Source: Macrostomum lignano (taxonomy: Eukaryota). From it: a DNA stretch of 64,000 bases. The notes under the pieces were generated by a model. It made no database searches. It saw only the letters and a program-made list of their open reading frames with translations, and was not told where the DNA came from. How positions within the stretch are numbered: the stretch's first letter is position 1; every line of letters begins with the position of its first letter. The DNA is taken from the NCBI GenBank assembly GCA_002269645.1, contig NIVC01002068.1:143342-207341 (forward strand), read 5' to 3'. Positions 50,935 to 64,000 of the stretch are shown in pieces. A program made the translations under genes and the position numbers.

Positions 50935-52130
50935 TGCGTGTCTGTGTCTGCCTGTGTCTGTGTCTGCCTGTGTCTGTGTCTGTGTCTGTGTCTGTGTCTG
51001 CCTGTGTCTGTGTCTGTCTCTGTCTGTGTCTGTGTCTGTCTATGTCTGTGTCTGTGTCTGCCTGTGTATGTGTCTGTGTCTGTCTTTGTCTGTGTCTGTG
51101 TCTGCCTGTGTCTGTGTCTGTGTCTGCCTGTGTCTGTGTCTGTCTCTGTCTGTGTCTGTGTCTGTCTATGTCTGTGTCTGTGTCTGCCTGTGTATGTGTC
51201 TGTGTCTGTCTTTGTCTGTGTCTGTGTCTGCCTGTGTCTGTGTCTGTGTCTGCCTGTGTCTGTGTCTGTGTCTGCCTGTGTCTGTGTCTGCCTGTGTCTG
51301 TGTCTTCCTGTGTCTGTGTCTGCCTGTGTCTGTGTCTGCCTGTGTCTGTGTCTGCCTGTGTCTGTGTCTGCCTGTGTCTGTGTCTGCCTGTGTCTGTGTC
51401 TGTGTCTGTCTATGTCTGTGTCTGTGTCTGCCTGTGTCTGTGTCTGTCTGCGTCTGTGTCTGTGTCTGTCTCGATGCCTGTGTCTGTGTCTGCCTGTGTC
51501 TGTGTCTGTCTCGATGCCTGTGTCTGCCTGTGTCTGTGTCTGCCTGTGTCTGTGTCTGCCTGTGTCTGTGTCTGCCTGTGTCTGTGTCTGCCTGTGTCTG
51601 TGTCTGTGTCTGTCTATGTCTGTGTCTGTGTCTGCCTGTGTCTGTGTCTGTCTGCGTCTGTGTCTGTGTCTGTCTCGATGCCTGTGTCTGTGTCTGCCTG
51701 TGTCTGTGTCTGTCTCGATGCCTGTGTCTGCCTGTGTCTGTGTCTGCCTGTGTCTGTGTCTGTCTCGATGCCTGTGTCTGCCTGTGTCTGTGTCTGCCTG
51801 TGTCTGTGTCTGTCTGCGTCTGTGTCTGCCTGTGTCTGTGTCTGTCTCTGTCTGTGTCTGTGTCTGTCTCTGTCTGTGTCTGTGTCTGTGTCTGTCTCTG
51901 CCTGTGTCTGTGTCTGTCTCTGCCTGTGTCTGTGTCTGTCTCGGTGTCTGTGTCTGTCTCGGTGTCTGTGTTTGTCTCGGTGTCTGTGTCTGTCTCGGTG
52001 TCTGTGTCTGTCTCGGTGTCTGTGTCTGTCTCGGTGTCTGTGTCTGTCTGGGTGTCTGTGTCTGTCTCGGTGTCTGTGTTTGTCTCGGTGTCTGTGTCTG
52101 TCTCGGTGTCTGTGTCTGTCTTGGTGTTTG
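50935..52130 (+). repeat. (TGTGTC/TGCCTG)n compound microsatellite
   Basis: Read directly. Confidence 0.96.
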
Positions 52131-52709
52131 TTACTGCCTGTGCAGAAACCAAGATAAAATATTGTAGCCCATTGAAGTGATTACGCTGGCTTCAAAAGTT
52201 TTGCGTACATTTTAAGTAAATCAGGAAAGGTCGTTTCCCTTCTTTGCCAAAACTAAGGACAGTGGGAACTCCTGTTGCGCTCTGAAACTTCTATAAGAAT
52301 TAATTGCTCACTTCTTGGCCGTCAGCCCTGATCGCAGGCTGTCACAGCTGTCTCAGTGACCTGCTGCTCTGGTACCGAGTTGGGAAGGTAGGGATGGGAT
52401 ATCTTCAATGCTCATCATGATTTACAAGCATAGCTGAAACATCAATGTCCTGCCTGCCCATAGCAACAAATCTCGCTCCGACATAGGTAAATCTGATGAA
52501 GCGGGCAGTTAATCAAGATAATTGCAGAGCAAGCAGGTCTGCACACTGTTTGAACTGCTCTCCACGCTACTCGTACAACTATAGGCTTTGCCTGCGCTGA
52601 TTGGGCATCCATATGCGTGTAGCTGCACTGCTTGACTTTCAACTGGCCAAACTGTACCAGACATACTAAAATTAATGCTAAACTAATGACCCAGGTAATG
52701 CAATATCCG

Positions 52710-53798
52710 GTGAGCTACTGACAGTGAGCAGTGAGCTACTGACAGTGAGCAGTGAGCTACTGACAGTGAGCAGTGAGCTACTGACAGTGAGCAGTGAGCT
52801 ACTGACAGTGAGCAGTGAGCTACTGACAGTGAGCAGTGAGCTACTGACAGTGAGCAGTGAGCTACTGACAGTGAGCAGTGAGCTACTGACAGTGAGCAGT
52901 GAGCTACTGACAGTGAGCAGTGAGCTACTGACAGTGAGCAGTGAGCTACTGACAGTGAGCAGTGAGCTACTGACAGTGAGCAGTGAGCTACTGACAGTGA
53001 GCAGTGAGCTACTGACAGTGAGCAGTGAGCTACTGACAGTGAGCAGTGAGCTACTGACAGTGAGCAGTGAGCTACTGACAGTGAGCAGTGAGCTAATGAC
53101 AGTGAGCAGTGAGCTACTGACAGTGAGCAGTGAGCTACTGACAGTGAGCAGTGAGCTACTGACAGTGAGCAGTGAGCTACTGACAGTGAGCAGTGAGCTA
53201 CTGACAGTGAGCAGTGAGCTACTGACAGTGAGCAGTGAGCTACTGACAGTGAGCAGTGAGCTACTGACAGTGAGCAGTGAGCTACTGACAGTGAGCAGTG
53301 AGCTACTGACAGTGAGCAGTGAGCTACTGACAGTGAGCAGTGAGCTAATGACAGTGAGCAGTGAGCTACTGACAGTGAGCAGTGAGCTACTGACAGTGAG
53401 CAATGAGCTACTGACAGTGAGCAATGAGCTACTGACAGTGAGCAGTGAGCTACTGACAGTGAGCAATGAGCTACTGACAGTGAGCAATGAGCTACTGACA
53501 GTGAGCAATGAGCTACTGACAGTGAGCAGTGAGCTACTGACAGTGAGCAGTGAGCTACTGACAGTGAGCAGTGAGCTACTGACAGTGAGCAGTGAGCTAC
53601 TGACAGTGAGCAGTGAGCTACTGACAGTGAGCAGTGAGCAGTGAGCAGTGAGCTACTGACAGTGAGCAGTGAGCAGTGAGCTACTGACAGTGAGCAGTGA
53701 GCTACTGACAGTGAGCAGTGAGCAGTGAGCTACTGACAGTGAGCAGTGAGGTACTGACAGTGAGCAGTGAGCAGTGAGCTACTGACAGTGAGCAATGA
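52710..53798 (+). repeat. 21-bp minisatellite (GTGAGCTACTGACAGTGAGCA, ~50 copies)
   Basis: Read directly. Confidence 0.98.
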
Positions 53799-54344
53799 GC
53801 TTCTAGCTGCAAGTGACACAAAAGCAGCTAGTAAAAATATGGCAGGAGGCAAAATATTCCAATTGCTCATCCAACACGCAAAGCTGTAAAACAGTTTTTT
53901 TGCATCTCAATCGCCGGGATAACCCACATCTGCGCGGTCCCCCTTGGCCCTGAATTTACACGCGACTGTAAAACAGGGCTCTATCGTATTTGCTGCATAC
54001 ACACTGCTATGCTGGAGCTTATGCAAAATAGAAATGGCCGTATCGAATCTGCAGGATGGCATTAAAACCTGCCTGTGCTCAGCGTGAGCTATACCACAGT
54101 GCATTATTACTTAGTATATCCTATATGTCTTCAGTAAAGCATTGGTAACATAAACTTTGGGTCGTGCGAGGCAAAGGCACATAAAATAGTCAACTTACGA
54201 TTGCCTCTTGCCTGAGAAAGGCTTTTGTAGAGTCCGATAGCGTCTAGAGCTGAACTTTTCAAGTCGTTTCCTTTGCTAAGAGAGCTAGTTGAAAAGTTAG
54301 GACCCAACGGTTTAAAAGTGCCAAGTGATTTATGGAGCTTAATT

Positions 54345-54950
54345 AGCTGGCTGATGTGCATTTCGATTGGAGCTCAATAGTCTATGGCCTCATTTTAGCT
54401 GCCTGATGTGCATTTCGATTGGAGCTCAATAGTCTATGGCCTCATTTTAGCTGCCTGATGTGCATTTTGATTGGAGCTCAATAGTCTATGGCCTCATTTT
54501 AGCTGCCTGATGTGCATTTTGATTGGAGCTCAATAGTGTATGGCGTCATGTTAGCTGCCTGATGTGCATTTTGATTGGAGCTCAAAAGTCTATGGCCTCA
54601 TTTTAGCTGCCTGATGTGCATTTTGATTGGAGCTCAATAGTCTATGGCCTCATTTTAGCTGCCTGATGTGCATTTTGATTGGAGCTCAATAGTCTATGGC
54701 CTTATGTTAGCTGCCTGATGTGCATTTTGATTGGAGCTCAATAGTCTATGGCCTTATGTTAGCTGCCTGATGTGCATTTTGATTGGAGCTCAATAGTCTA
54801 TGGCCTTATGTTAGCTGCCTGATGTGCATTTTGATTGGAGCTCAATAGTCTATGGCCTCATGTTAGCTGTCTGATGTGCATTTTGATTGGAGCTTAATAG
54901 TCTATGGTCTCATGTTAGCTGTCGGATGTTCATTTGGGTTGGGGCTCAAT
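54345..54950 (+). repeat. 52-bp minisatellite (AGCTGCCTGATGTGCATTTTGATTGGAGCTCAATAGTCTATGGCCTCATTTT, ~11 copies)
   Basis: Read directly. Confidence 0.95.
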
Positions 54951-55648
54951 GGCCTTTGACTTTGGCCATTTTAAAATATTGTTCAAAACGCGTCCGTGAA
55001 CGGACAGACAAAATCCGTCCGTGAACATTTGCTGTACTATCCAGGTTATTCATCTAATTACCTTCCCGAGACGAGGAGTGGACATTTAAGAGGGGTTCGA
55101 ATTCCTTGGGTTGGAAGACGTGGCGGAGTCGGTGAAGAGGAGTGGGACAGACAGGGGGAAAGTCTGTCTGAGTGGGTTCAGATAGAGCTTCATTGGGAGT
55201 CTGGTTTCGAATTTCAGTGGAGCAGTCAGTGGCTGCAGAAACGAAGTTGGATTTTTCTCTGCATTTTCCTCTCGCTGCTGAATCTCAGATTGCCAAGGAA
55301 ATCTTCTCGATTTTTTTAGTTTGTCTGATCGAGTTCTATTTGAGTAAACCAATCGAAAATATGTACTTCTTATTGCGCACTTTTATCGAACTATAGATGT
55401 TGACTGAACATTCGGTCAGAGGCTGAGGAGAGCCTCTTAAATAATAAGCTGGGTTTGTTGAGCATTTGTTGAGCAAGCTGGTCAAATCTAAACAGTTCAA
55501 AAGTTGTTTCATTTAGCAAAAAATCTAATTATACTACTTATTAAGTCAAAAGTTTAAAATCTATTGTGAAAAGAGTATAACTGCCTAATCTTTTAAATGC
55601 AGTCTATGCCTGACAAAGTGAAATTCGCCCGCATCCACCGCGCCGCAG

Positions 55649-56493
55649 GTTCATCGCAGTGACGCAGCCAATCAAGTACTCGAAGCACAAAAACTCGAAA
55701 CGGACGCGCTTCACCATCGCGGCCACCTGGCTCCTGTCCATCGCCATCGCCTTGCCGATCGGCTGCGGCCTGCAGAACCTCAACGGCATTCGCAACCGGC
55801 CCATGTTCAAGGACACGTGCACCTTTTTCCACGGAGACTTCCTGATCTACTCCAGCCTAGGCAGCTTCTACATCCCCTGCTTCGTCATGCTGGTGCTGTA
55901 CTACCGCATCTTCAAGGTCATCTGGCAGAGAGCCAGACGGGCCGCGGCGGGCAAGCGCGGCAAGATCTACCAGAACCAGAAGGTGGCCGCCGACGAGGAC
56001 AACGACACGGACGGGCTGGATCCGGGTGGCGCCAAGCAGTCGGCGGCGCCAGCCAAGAAGGCGCTGCTGCTGGTCCGCGCCAATCCGAAGCGGCCGAACA
56101 ACCTCAGCGTCAGCGTCAGCCGCGGCGAACCGCGTCGCAGCCCGTCCGGCGTCGTTGATCTTGAAGGCGACGACGATTTCACCTTGTCGACAAATAACTC
56201 GGCACCGCTAAACGAGAGCATGAACTTCGCCGGACCGTCGACCTCCGACAACAGCGGGGCCCAGAGCGACGCTTGCGAGACCCGCCTGACGGAGGGCCCG
56301 GCCGGCAAGAAGCAGCAGAAGCATCAGAAGCAGCAGAAGCAGCAGAAGCAGCAGCCGCAGCAGCAGCAGCCGCAGCAGCAGCTCTTCCGCATGAAGATCA
56401 AAAAGAAGAAGCGAAAGTCGGCCGGCACGAAGGCCGAGAGGTCGGCGGCGCGGTTGGAAAAGAAGGCAACAAAAACGCTGGCGATTGTGCTGG
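55649..56493 (+). CDS. DRD2: D2-like dopamine receptor, exon 3: ICL2, TM4, TM5, long ICL3, start of TM6
   Basis: GCCGCAG|G completes DRF; FIAVTQPIKY...TWLLSIAIALP...FLIYSSLGSFYIP (TM5 catechol-binding serines)...EKKATKTLAIVL(G)|GTGAGA, phase 1. Confidence 0.93.
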
Positions 56494-56999
56494 GTGAGAG
56501 AGCGGGCGGTTGCTGGGCGGGTGGCACCAGTAAGCCAGCTAACCGATTGCATTCCCCGATGAAGTGTATTAAAAAGGCGAATTCCGTGTCAACTTAGAGC
56601 TTACATGTACTGCTACAATGGAAACTGTCACGGGGCAGAGCAGCTCAGCTGAGAAGTGTCTGACTCTCGCCCCATGACCCTTGGCTTGATTTCGTTTGCG
56701 GCCGCATTCGTTTATGGCTCGTGGGCACGGAAGGGACACAGAGTGTACATGCCTGACGATTAGAGAGTCAAAGGGCTGCAGTACACCCTGTGTGAGCGTG
56801 TGTGAGTGCGTGCCTGCTTACAGTATTGGCGCGCTTGTATGTGCTCAGGACTCAGCGGAATGGGCTGAGTTGCCCCAGCGCTGGCTGAAGGACAATGTCG
56901 GCGAAGGCGTTGCGCCAGACAGCCCAGAATCATCCTGCAAAAGTTCATGTCTATTCAACATCTTGAAGCTGTCTTCAAAGATCCAAAGTGGAATTTTGT

Positions 57000-57300
57000 T
57001 GATAGCCTAAGCGGCCACTGAAAGACCGAGAGAGGGACCTGGGCCGCACGTCTGCCCGTCCTCTCTCCAGCCGACTGGTCTCAGCGACAAATTTGCAACG
57101 GACAGCTTAGCCGCAGTGATTGCGCGGGGCATCTGAAGGCTGCGTACGGCTGTTCAGTCCTGGTTGGGACTGGGGGGGGGGTCGCCACACACACCCTCAA
57201 TTACCCCAGCTAATGCTGGCAAATTGTCCCTGTGGGATCGGGAATCGAACCCCCGACCTTTCAGTCGTGAGTCCGACGCTCTGACCACTAGGCTACAGGT
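57000..57300 (-). mobile_element. tRNA-derived SINE (or tRNA pseudogene) in GPCR intron 3
   Basis: Minus strand 57296-57229: TAGCCTAGTGG (A box)...TCGGACTCACGACTGAAAGGTCGGGGGTTCGATTCCC (B box). Acceptor and T stems do not pair canonically; the GC-rich body continues toward ~57000 (end uncertain). Confidence 0.7.
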
Positions 57301-57894
57301 TATTGAAGTGCACTCAGCAACATTGAAAAGTGTCCACCCTTGCGCGAAGGGTCCATGGGCAAGCGCGATCGATGGTTTCACCGCTTGGTTTTGGGCCATA
57401 GACAATCTAGCAAAAAGGGCAGGAAAGTCGAGTCACAGGGAGAGGCGAAGAGGGTGTACCCGAGTTTACTGGAGGCATCTGAGTACGCAGACGGCAACGA
57501 TAGTCCGTGAAAGTGGAAACTTTCAACTGTTGCTGCTCCAAGAGACTCTTGTTTAGCGTTTTGCAAGGCAAAGTTTAGAATACGGACACCTTGAAATTAG
57601 CTTGAAATAGGCAGAAGTCGATGCTCAGTTATAACTATGCAAGTTTGTCTGATAGCTTGTAAAATAGCTTCCTTCCAACTGACGCACTTATCAGTTTATT
57701 GTCTGAATTTTTGTACTGATCATTTTTCTCCGGAATCAACTGGCACTGCAGTCTGCGGTGAGTAGCCCCGCCTCTGCCTTTTTTAAGTTCGTTTGAGTTC
57801 CTTAGCTTGACAGGGGTGCTTACCGTGAAGGAATGTCTTTCACTGGCACCATCCCTGACTGAGCTATCTGTCTCAATTTGATGTTTTACTCGCA

Positions 57895-58505
57895 CAGTCC
57901 GAGTCTCCTGTCTGTGTGACAGCCTCAACCACTCACACAGCCTCAGACTCCTGTCTGTGTGACAGCCTCATCCACACTCACACAGCCTCAGACTCCTGTC
58001 TGTGTGACAGCCTCATCCACACTCACACAGCCTCAGACTCCTGTCTGTGTGACAGCCTCACCCACACTCACACAGCCTCAGACTCCTGTCTGTATGACAG
58101 CCTCATCCACTCACACAGCCTCAGACTCCTGTCTGTGTGACAATCTGATTCACAGCCTCAGTCTCATGTCTGTATGACAGCCTCATCCACTAACACAGCC
58201 TCAGACTCCTGTCTGTGTGACAATCTGATTCACAGCCTCAGTCTCATGTCTGTATGACAGCCTCATCCACTAACACAGCCTCAGACTCCTGTCTGTGTGA
58301 CAATCTGATTCACAGCCTCAGTCTCATGTCTGTATGACAGCCTCATCCACTAACACAGCCTCAGACTCCTGTCTGTGTGACAATCTGATTCACAGCCTCA
58401 GTCTCCTGTCTGTATGACAGCCTCACCCACACTCACACAGCCTCATACTCCTGTCTGTGTGACGGCCTCACACACACACACAGCTCGAGTCTCCAGTCTG
58501 TGTGA
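57895..58505 (+). repeat. ~45-bp minisatellite (CACAGCCTCAGACTCCTGTCTGTGTGACAGCCTCATCCACACTCA) becoming a two-variant higher-order unit
   Basis: Read directly. Confidence 0.92.
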
Positions 58506-59242
58506 CTCTCTAAGAACAATTGTTTCATAATCTTACGCTATAATTTTGAGTTGTCTTATCCTTAATTTGATGACTCAATCTGTGATGCTTCCTTTTTTCT
58601 GTTGAAACTGAAGCCCCATCATTCCTGGTTGATTGACCAGCTGTCTGTAAATGCGACAGTTTCTCAGCTTGACATTATTTATTAGAATTATAAAATTAAA
58701 TAACTAAAATTGCATTCCAAGAGTATATATACAATGAAGGTGTTCCCATTCCGCTTTCCTTACCATTGTGTTTCTCTGTCCGTTGCCTTATTTTTACTTT
58801 CTCATATTTAAAGTACGATTAAGACTACTATTTTGCACTTATACCACTGTTTTGTCGGGAATAGCGCCATGGGATACAAAACAAATGCAGAGCATGGGCT
58901 GCTGAAGTAAAAGAACGCTACACCCGACTTTCTTAGAAATGAGCTGTAAGGAACATGTACTTGTCCGTATCACCAGTGCATTTAATAATGCTCTCGAAAA
59001 ATTGATGCTTTATTAGCGACCGAATTTGTCTATGGCAAAACCCCATCCAGCGCTATGCGCTCCCTAAAGCATACAAAATGCGCTAGCAATACGACAAGTA
59101 TGCGCTCCGTACCGGCCTCCAGTTCATTTCTTAGAAAATCGTGTGTTGCATCTTTTTCCAATGGTGGCTCTGGGTGCGCCGCTAAATCGATTGAAAAAGA
59201 TGACAAAAGTGCTGCATTATTCGATCCAACCACAATCTTCAG

Positions 59243-59475
59243 GCGTGTTTCTCCTATGCTGGCTGCCATTCTTCATCTCGAACCTCATGTGGGCCGCCTG
59301 CCTGAAGAACATCGACGAGGAGCTGTTCAAGAGCCCGCTATGCAGCTACGACAGGAGAATCTCGGTGTTCATAGTCTGGCTTGGCTACGTGAACAGCACT
59401 CTCAACCCGCTCATTTATACCATATTCAACAATGAGTTCCGAAAGGCCTTCAAAAAGTTGCTGCACATCACCTGA
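59243..59475 (+). CDS. DRD2: D2-like dopamine receptor, exon 4: TM6, TM7, helix 8 (spliced product ~531 aa)
   Basis: CTTCAG|GC: [11 protein letters not shown]...[32 protein letters not shown]; short C-tail typical of D2-like receptors. Confidence 0.93.
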
Positions 59476-62082
59476 CCTAATTAGCAGAGGGGATGAATTG
59501 AATTGAGAAGACCTCGCGCGTGTACTCGGGGAATAAACGACTTTGTGACACGCTACTTATTTACATTAATGTGGACGCTTTAGTACGTACATTCGGCTCA
59601 TGCTTCTATTAATCGGATCTATCCCTGCTGCAGCTGCTGGCTAGGCTGGCTAACCAATCACGGTTATTCAGTGGCGAGTCAACCCGTAGTCTTTAGAGCC
59701 TCCTTGTCCGATCGGGCAGCGCTGCTTTGCTCCATAACTAACGCTCGCAGTTCACCGCTCTGTCCAAAATAGTCCGCTATAAGCTATGCTTTCGTTTACC
59801 TGTACCTGCTCTTGGTACACGTTATTGCAGACTTAATGTCGTACTTCGCATTGCAACACTTCCATACTCTAATTTGCACTGAATTCTTTGAAGCTTATCA
59901 TGTCTGCGTATTTTTATCCATGAGATCCCAGATAGTGATCTTTACTCAGCTCCTACATGTAGCGATTATAGCTCGTAGGTTCATTCTCTTTTTCTCGGGC
60001 TACAACTGTCGGATATTTGAGCACAATTACATATTCACGCTGACCATCGATCTTTGTTAACTGTCCATTTTTTTTATTTTTAATTTATGAAATTAAGGTC
60101 AAAATAAAGGCATATATAGAGAACATGGATATTGCCAGCACAGCTCTGTTTAATATTAAAATAAGATCGACTTAAACTTACAGTTTGAATCATTTGAATT
60201 TATGAAAAAATTTCTTGCAAATAGTCATTGTTAGTTAATAACGACAACGAAATGCGATTTTTATTTGTTTGGACTATTGAGGACTACCGACCATGGAACT
60301 GCGTACACATGCATGCAGTACGGCGACTGATTTATACTGTACAATACTACTATTGTACTATCGTCACTGGGATGGCTTCTAAGCCGTACACACAAGAAAG
60401 GAAAAAATGGTGGTCTAAATCATGCCATATACGTATAATAGGCATTATTAGTTGAGAACTCAGAAATTTTGAGTATGGAATGTACATTCAAATTAATCAG
60501 TTACAAGTACACAAGTATGGAAGCCCCAGAATCACTACAAGGTTAGCGACGAATTTATACAAATTGCTGGGTACACTTGCGCTACATAACATTTCAAGAG
60601 GTTGTACTCTTGAAGAGGTTGCATTATAGCATATGGCACAGTTAAATTCTTACTTTTTCAGGTCTTTTTGCATTAACTTGCTTTTAGAAACTTCCACTAC
60701 AGTAGATTGGCAAAAAATTGACATTCTCTAGTAAATTCAATAGATATATGGAAAAAGACGACCAAGATTTTTATGATGACAAATTGATGAAAGACGATTA
60801 ATATGCAGATTTGTAGTCAATAGGTTCGTTCAAAAAGTTATTCTAGTTCTAAAATTTGTTGTGGCTTTTAATTCAAACACATTTTTGTTCCCTTTAACAT
60901 CCATGTTCAAGTTGCTCGCGTGGTAACACCGTATTTTCGGATAATAAACTTTTCTCGACAAATGAAACCGTCTTCAATTTATATAAATGGCTTTCGTATC
61001 TAAAATCTGATCCTTTATCCTCATAACCAAAAAGTCTTTTTTGTCTCTATTTTATTTTGTTTTACTAGTCGTGAACTAATAAAAATAATGAGTTTAACTT
61101 TGATCGCTATTTATCGTAAGCCAACGTTCTGCCCACTTGAATGGTGAGCCTACGAAGATTTAAGAAGTATAAATAACCCATTGTTGTGAATAATCGCGTC
61201 ATGTATATTTGTTGAAAAATTCAGTATCTCTATAGGTTTTGCAGATCCTTATGAATCCAGCGAAAGTTGGAGAAAAGCAGATAAAAATGAACTACTGAAG
61301 TAAAAAGTGAGGTAAGAAATCTTAATAAAAATGGGCTTAGTATTATCATTAATTTGTCTTAAATTACATTAACTAAATATAGCCTTTCACTTCGAAGAAG
61401 TCTAGATGATTCTTATAAACATTTATATTGCTTCAAAAAGTATTCATGTGCAGCTTAACTCAAAGTTAAAAATTTTTTTGAGATCTTTGGTCCATTTATT
61501 TATACGCTCGTAGATTAAAAAATCTCTTTAAAAAGTTTAAAAAAATAGATCTAGAGGTCTTGATAATGGATATTTAGTTATTTTACTTTTTGTCCTAAAT
61601 AAATTGTATAATTATACATATAAAATATGAAAAATGAGAACATATAAAAGAGTCCTTTATAGGGAATAATAAAACTGTGATAAAATAGCAAAGGAGCTAG
61701 AGTTTTAGCTAAAGATATTTTATTTAAAAGAAATGTAAAACAGTAATGTATTTTTAGTGTATGCATTTTTTGCTATTGATCCTTAAGGTATTTTTAAGTT
61801 ATTATAAATCCAGTCAGAGTTACTAAAGTTTTTATTAATGCAATGCTTTTGCTTTTTATTCTGTTTATTTTATAAACTGTCTTTATTTTCTTTCTCGCGT
61901 TTCATATTATTCGCATATTAATCAAAGCTGAAAAAACTATGAGGATATTAATATATGCAATTACATAAACAAGTAACAACGATTCATTAATACTCGTAAC
62001 TAACGGTTTTTGCAAAAAGACCTCATCACATTAATGGCTCAAAACAACATGCAATTAGCCTAAACCACTCAGAAATCTCTAT

Positions 62083-63240
62083 TCAGTTCACTTCCTGAAC
62101 CCCCAGATCCTCAAGATCCCGCCTTCCTGTCTTTGTCGGCAGCAATTTTCTGTTCGGCTCTGAGCTCAAGTTCTGTCCGAGCTGCCGCATCCTTCCCACT
62201 TCTGCATCGCTTGGCCTCCGCCTGTTCCATGCAGGAAGTTTCTTAAGAAAGTCAGTCACACCGCACCCCGGAGACAGCCCCAGCTGGTGTAGGTCGGACA
62301 TATCCATGCCCATCGACACAATGTCAGTCTCCGCTGCCGTTTCTGTTACATATTTAATTGGGGAGCACTTCTGTCTTGGCAAGCCTGCTTCTAGATTGAG
62401 GTCTGCAGGCGAAAGGTTCAGTTAAAGTAAGTCCTGTCACACCAGGGAACACACAGTTTACAGATACTGCCATCAAGTCGCTTCTTATTTCCTTTGTTCC
62501 TGGTCGTCATTACGCGCATTTTACTGTATTCTCATCTCGTGGGTCATCTCCAAGCACTGTATTCACATGAGTCATTTCCACTATATTCACATGGGTCATC
62601 TCCACTGTATTCACATGTCATCTCCCACTGTATTCACATGGTCATCTCCCACTGTATTCACATGGGTCATCTACACGCACTGTATTCACATGAGTCATCT
62701 CCACTGTATTCACATGGGTCATCTGCCTGATGAGTCATTGTTACTAATTGACGCGTTCACTGGTTAATCAGAAGGACCAGAATCAGATTTTCTGATAGTC
62801 TCACAAGAATATTGCCACCTGTCACGCACAGGGAGCCGCTCCGATAGCAGTACAACAGACTGTCGACCCAAATGACTCAGTGGTCGACCGGTCTGACTGA
62901 CAGGGAGGTCTCCTTCATGTCAACGCCTGCGGCAGGCGGCAGTAGCGGAGGATTCACCTGTGCCGCCGCCGTTACTGACTCACCCTCTGGCGGGCCTCTG
63001 CGGCCTCGCCGATATTCCGTTAGACGCTGACGAAACCGACGAGCTCGAGCAGCAAGTCGACGGGGACGAAAACGACGAGGTTGTCGGAGCTCAGGCTGCC
63101 GGCGCCACTCCGGACGAAGGCTGCGCGGCACGGCTGGCTTGGCGCAGGACATCGCTTGCGACATCGCATGATCCGGGCCGCTCTGGCTGTCGGCGGCGGG
63201 GGCATCGGCAGAGTCGGTGTGCTATGGAAACAGAGACAAG
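62083..63240 (-). CDS. Possible exons of an unidentified gene
   Basis: GC-rich blocks with a phase-1 donor (G|GTGAGT near 62980) and a phase-1 acceptor (CCTGCAG|AC at 62402) giving ...GPPEDLNLEAGLPRQKCSPIKY...; the reading frame of the upstream block is ambiguous and no domain was recognised. Confidence 0.3.
62525..62725 (+). repeat. Degenerate ~25-bp repeat (TGTATTCACATGGGTCATCTCCAC)
   Basis: Read directly. Confidence 0.85.
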
Positions 63241-63284
63241 GCGGAGAATAATGGTTAGTACGAGCTAAAAATTAGGACTTGAGG

Positions 63285-64000
63285 GTGTAGAGAGCTGGGA
63301 CTTTGAGGGTACAGAGAGCTGGGACTTGAGGGTAGAGAGCTGGGACTTGAGGGTACGAGAGCTGGGACTTGAGGGTACAGAGAGCTGGGACTTAAGGGTG
63401 TAGAGAGCTGGGACTTGAGGTGTTAGAGAACTGGAGTTGAGGTTGTAAAGAGCTGGACTTGAGGTTGTAGAGAGCTGGGACTTGAGTGTAGAGAGCTGGG
63501 GCTTGAGGGTGTAGGAGCTGGGACTTGAGGGTAGAGAGCTGGGACTTGAGGTACAGAGAGCTGGGACTTGTGTAGAGAGCTGGGACTTGAGGGTACAGAG
63601 AGCTGGATTGAGGGTACAGAGAGCTGGGTTGACTTGGTGTAGAGAGCTGGGACTTGAGGTGTAAGAGCTGGGACTTGAGGTTGTAGAGAGCTGGGACTTG
63701 AGGGTGTAGGAGCTGGGACTTGAGGGTGTAGAGAGCTGGGACTTGAGGGGTAGAGAGCTGGGACTTGAGGGTACAGAGAGCTGGGAGCTTAGGGTGTAGA
63801 GAGCTGGGACTTGAGGGTACAGAGAGCTGGGACTTGAGGGTACAGAGAGCTGGGACTTGAGGGTGTAGAGAGCTGGGACTTGAGGGTGTAGAGAGCTGGG
63901 ACTTAGGGTTGTAGAGAGCTGGGATTGGGTGTAGAGAGCTGGGACTTGAGGGTGTAGAGAGCTGGGACTTGAGGGTGTAGAGAGCTGGGACTTGAGGGTA
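63285..64000 (+). repeat. ~23-bp minisatellite (GAGAGCTGGGACTTGAGGGTGTA), indel-noisy, runs off the window edge
   Basis: Read directly. Confidence 0.95.

Noticed and set aside
57229-57300. Functional tRNA-Val(CAC) gene
   Set aside because: Acceptor stem does not pair, T-arm is slipped by one base, and the anticodon loop is irregular; better explained as a SINE head or pseudogene.
61110-61165. Imperfect hairpin TCGTAAGCC...GCCTACGA, a possible structured ncRNA or Helitron end
   Set aside because: Short imperfect stem with no other diagnostic features.

Overview
Intron-containing animal (invertebrate) genomic DNA; the GC-rich exons, short introns and dense minisatellites would fit a flatworm, but that is only an inference. 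1-5620 is the end of an endogenous Polinton/Maverick (adintovirus-like) element carrying a virion module: A32-type packaging ATPase, two putative core proteins, double-jelly-roll major capsid, penton, a small ORF, subterminal repeats and a probable ...ACTACT terminus. Next come a divergent beta-like tubulin 5' fragment, a frameshifted and 5'-truncated Ty3/Gypsy pol, and a LINE endonuclease fragment inside a satellite. A six-exon NACHT/WD-type (NWD-like) gene ends in a Dpy-30 docking motif that the ORF track misses. Then an unknown ~830-aa gene, an NPY/NPF-like neuropeptide gene (predicted ...SGQMRF-amide), a small secreted 6-Cys protein, and a four-exon D2-like dopamine receptor whose introns hold about ten different tandem arrays plus a tRNA-derived SINE. 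Most long ORFs from 29 to 54 kb are repeat artefacts. Single-base frame breaks in several unrelated genes may be residual long-read indel errors. All family calls are by-eye motif recognition; no searches were run.
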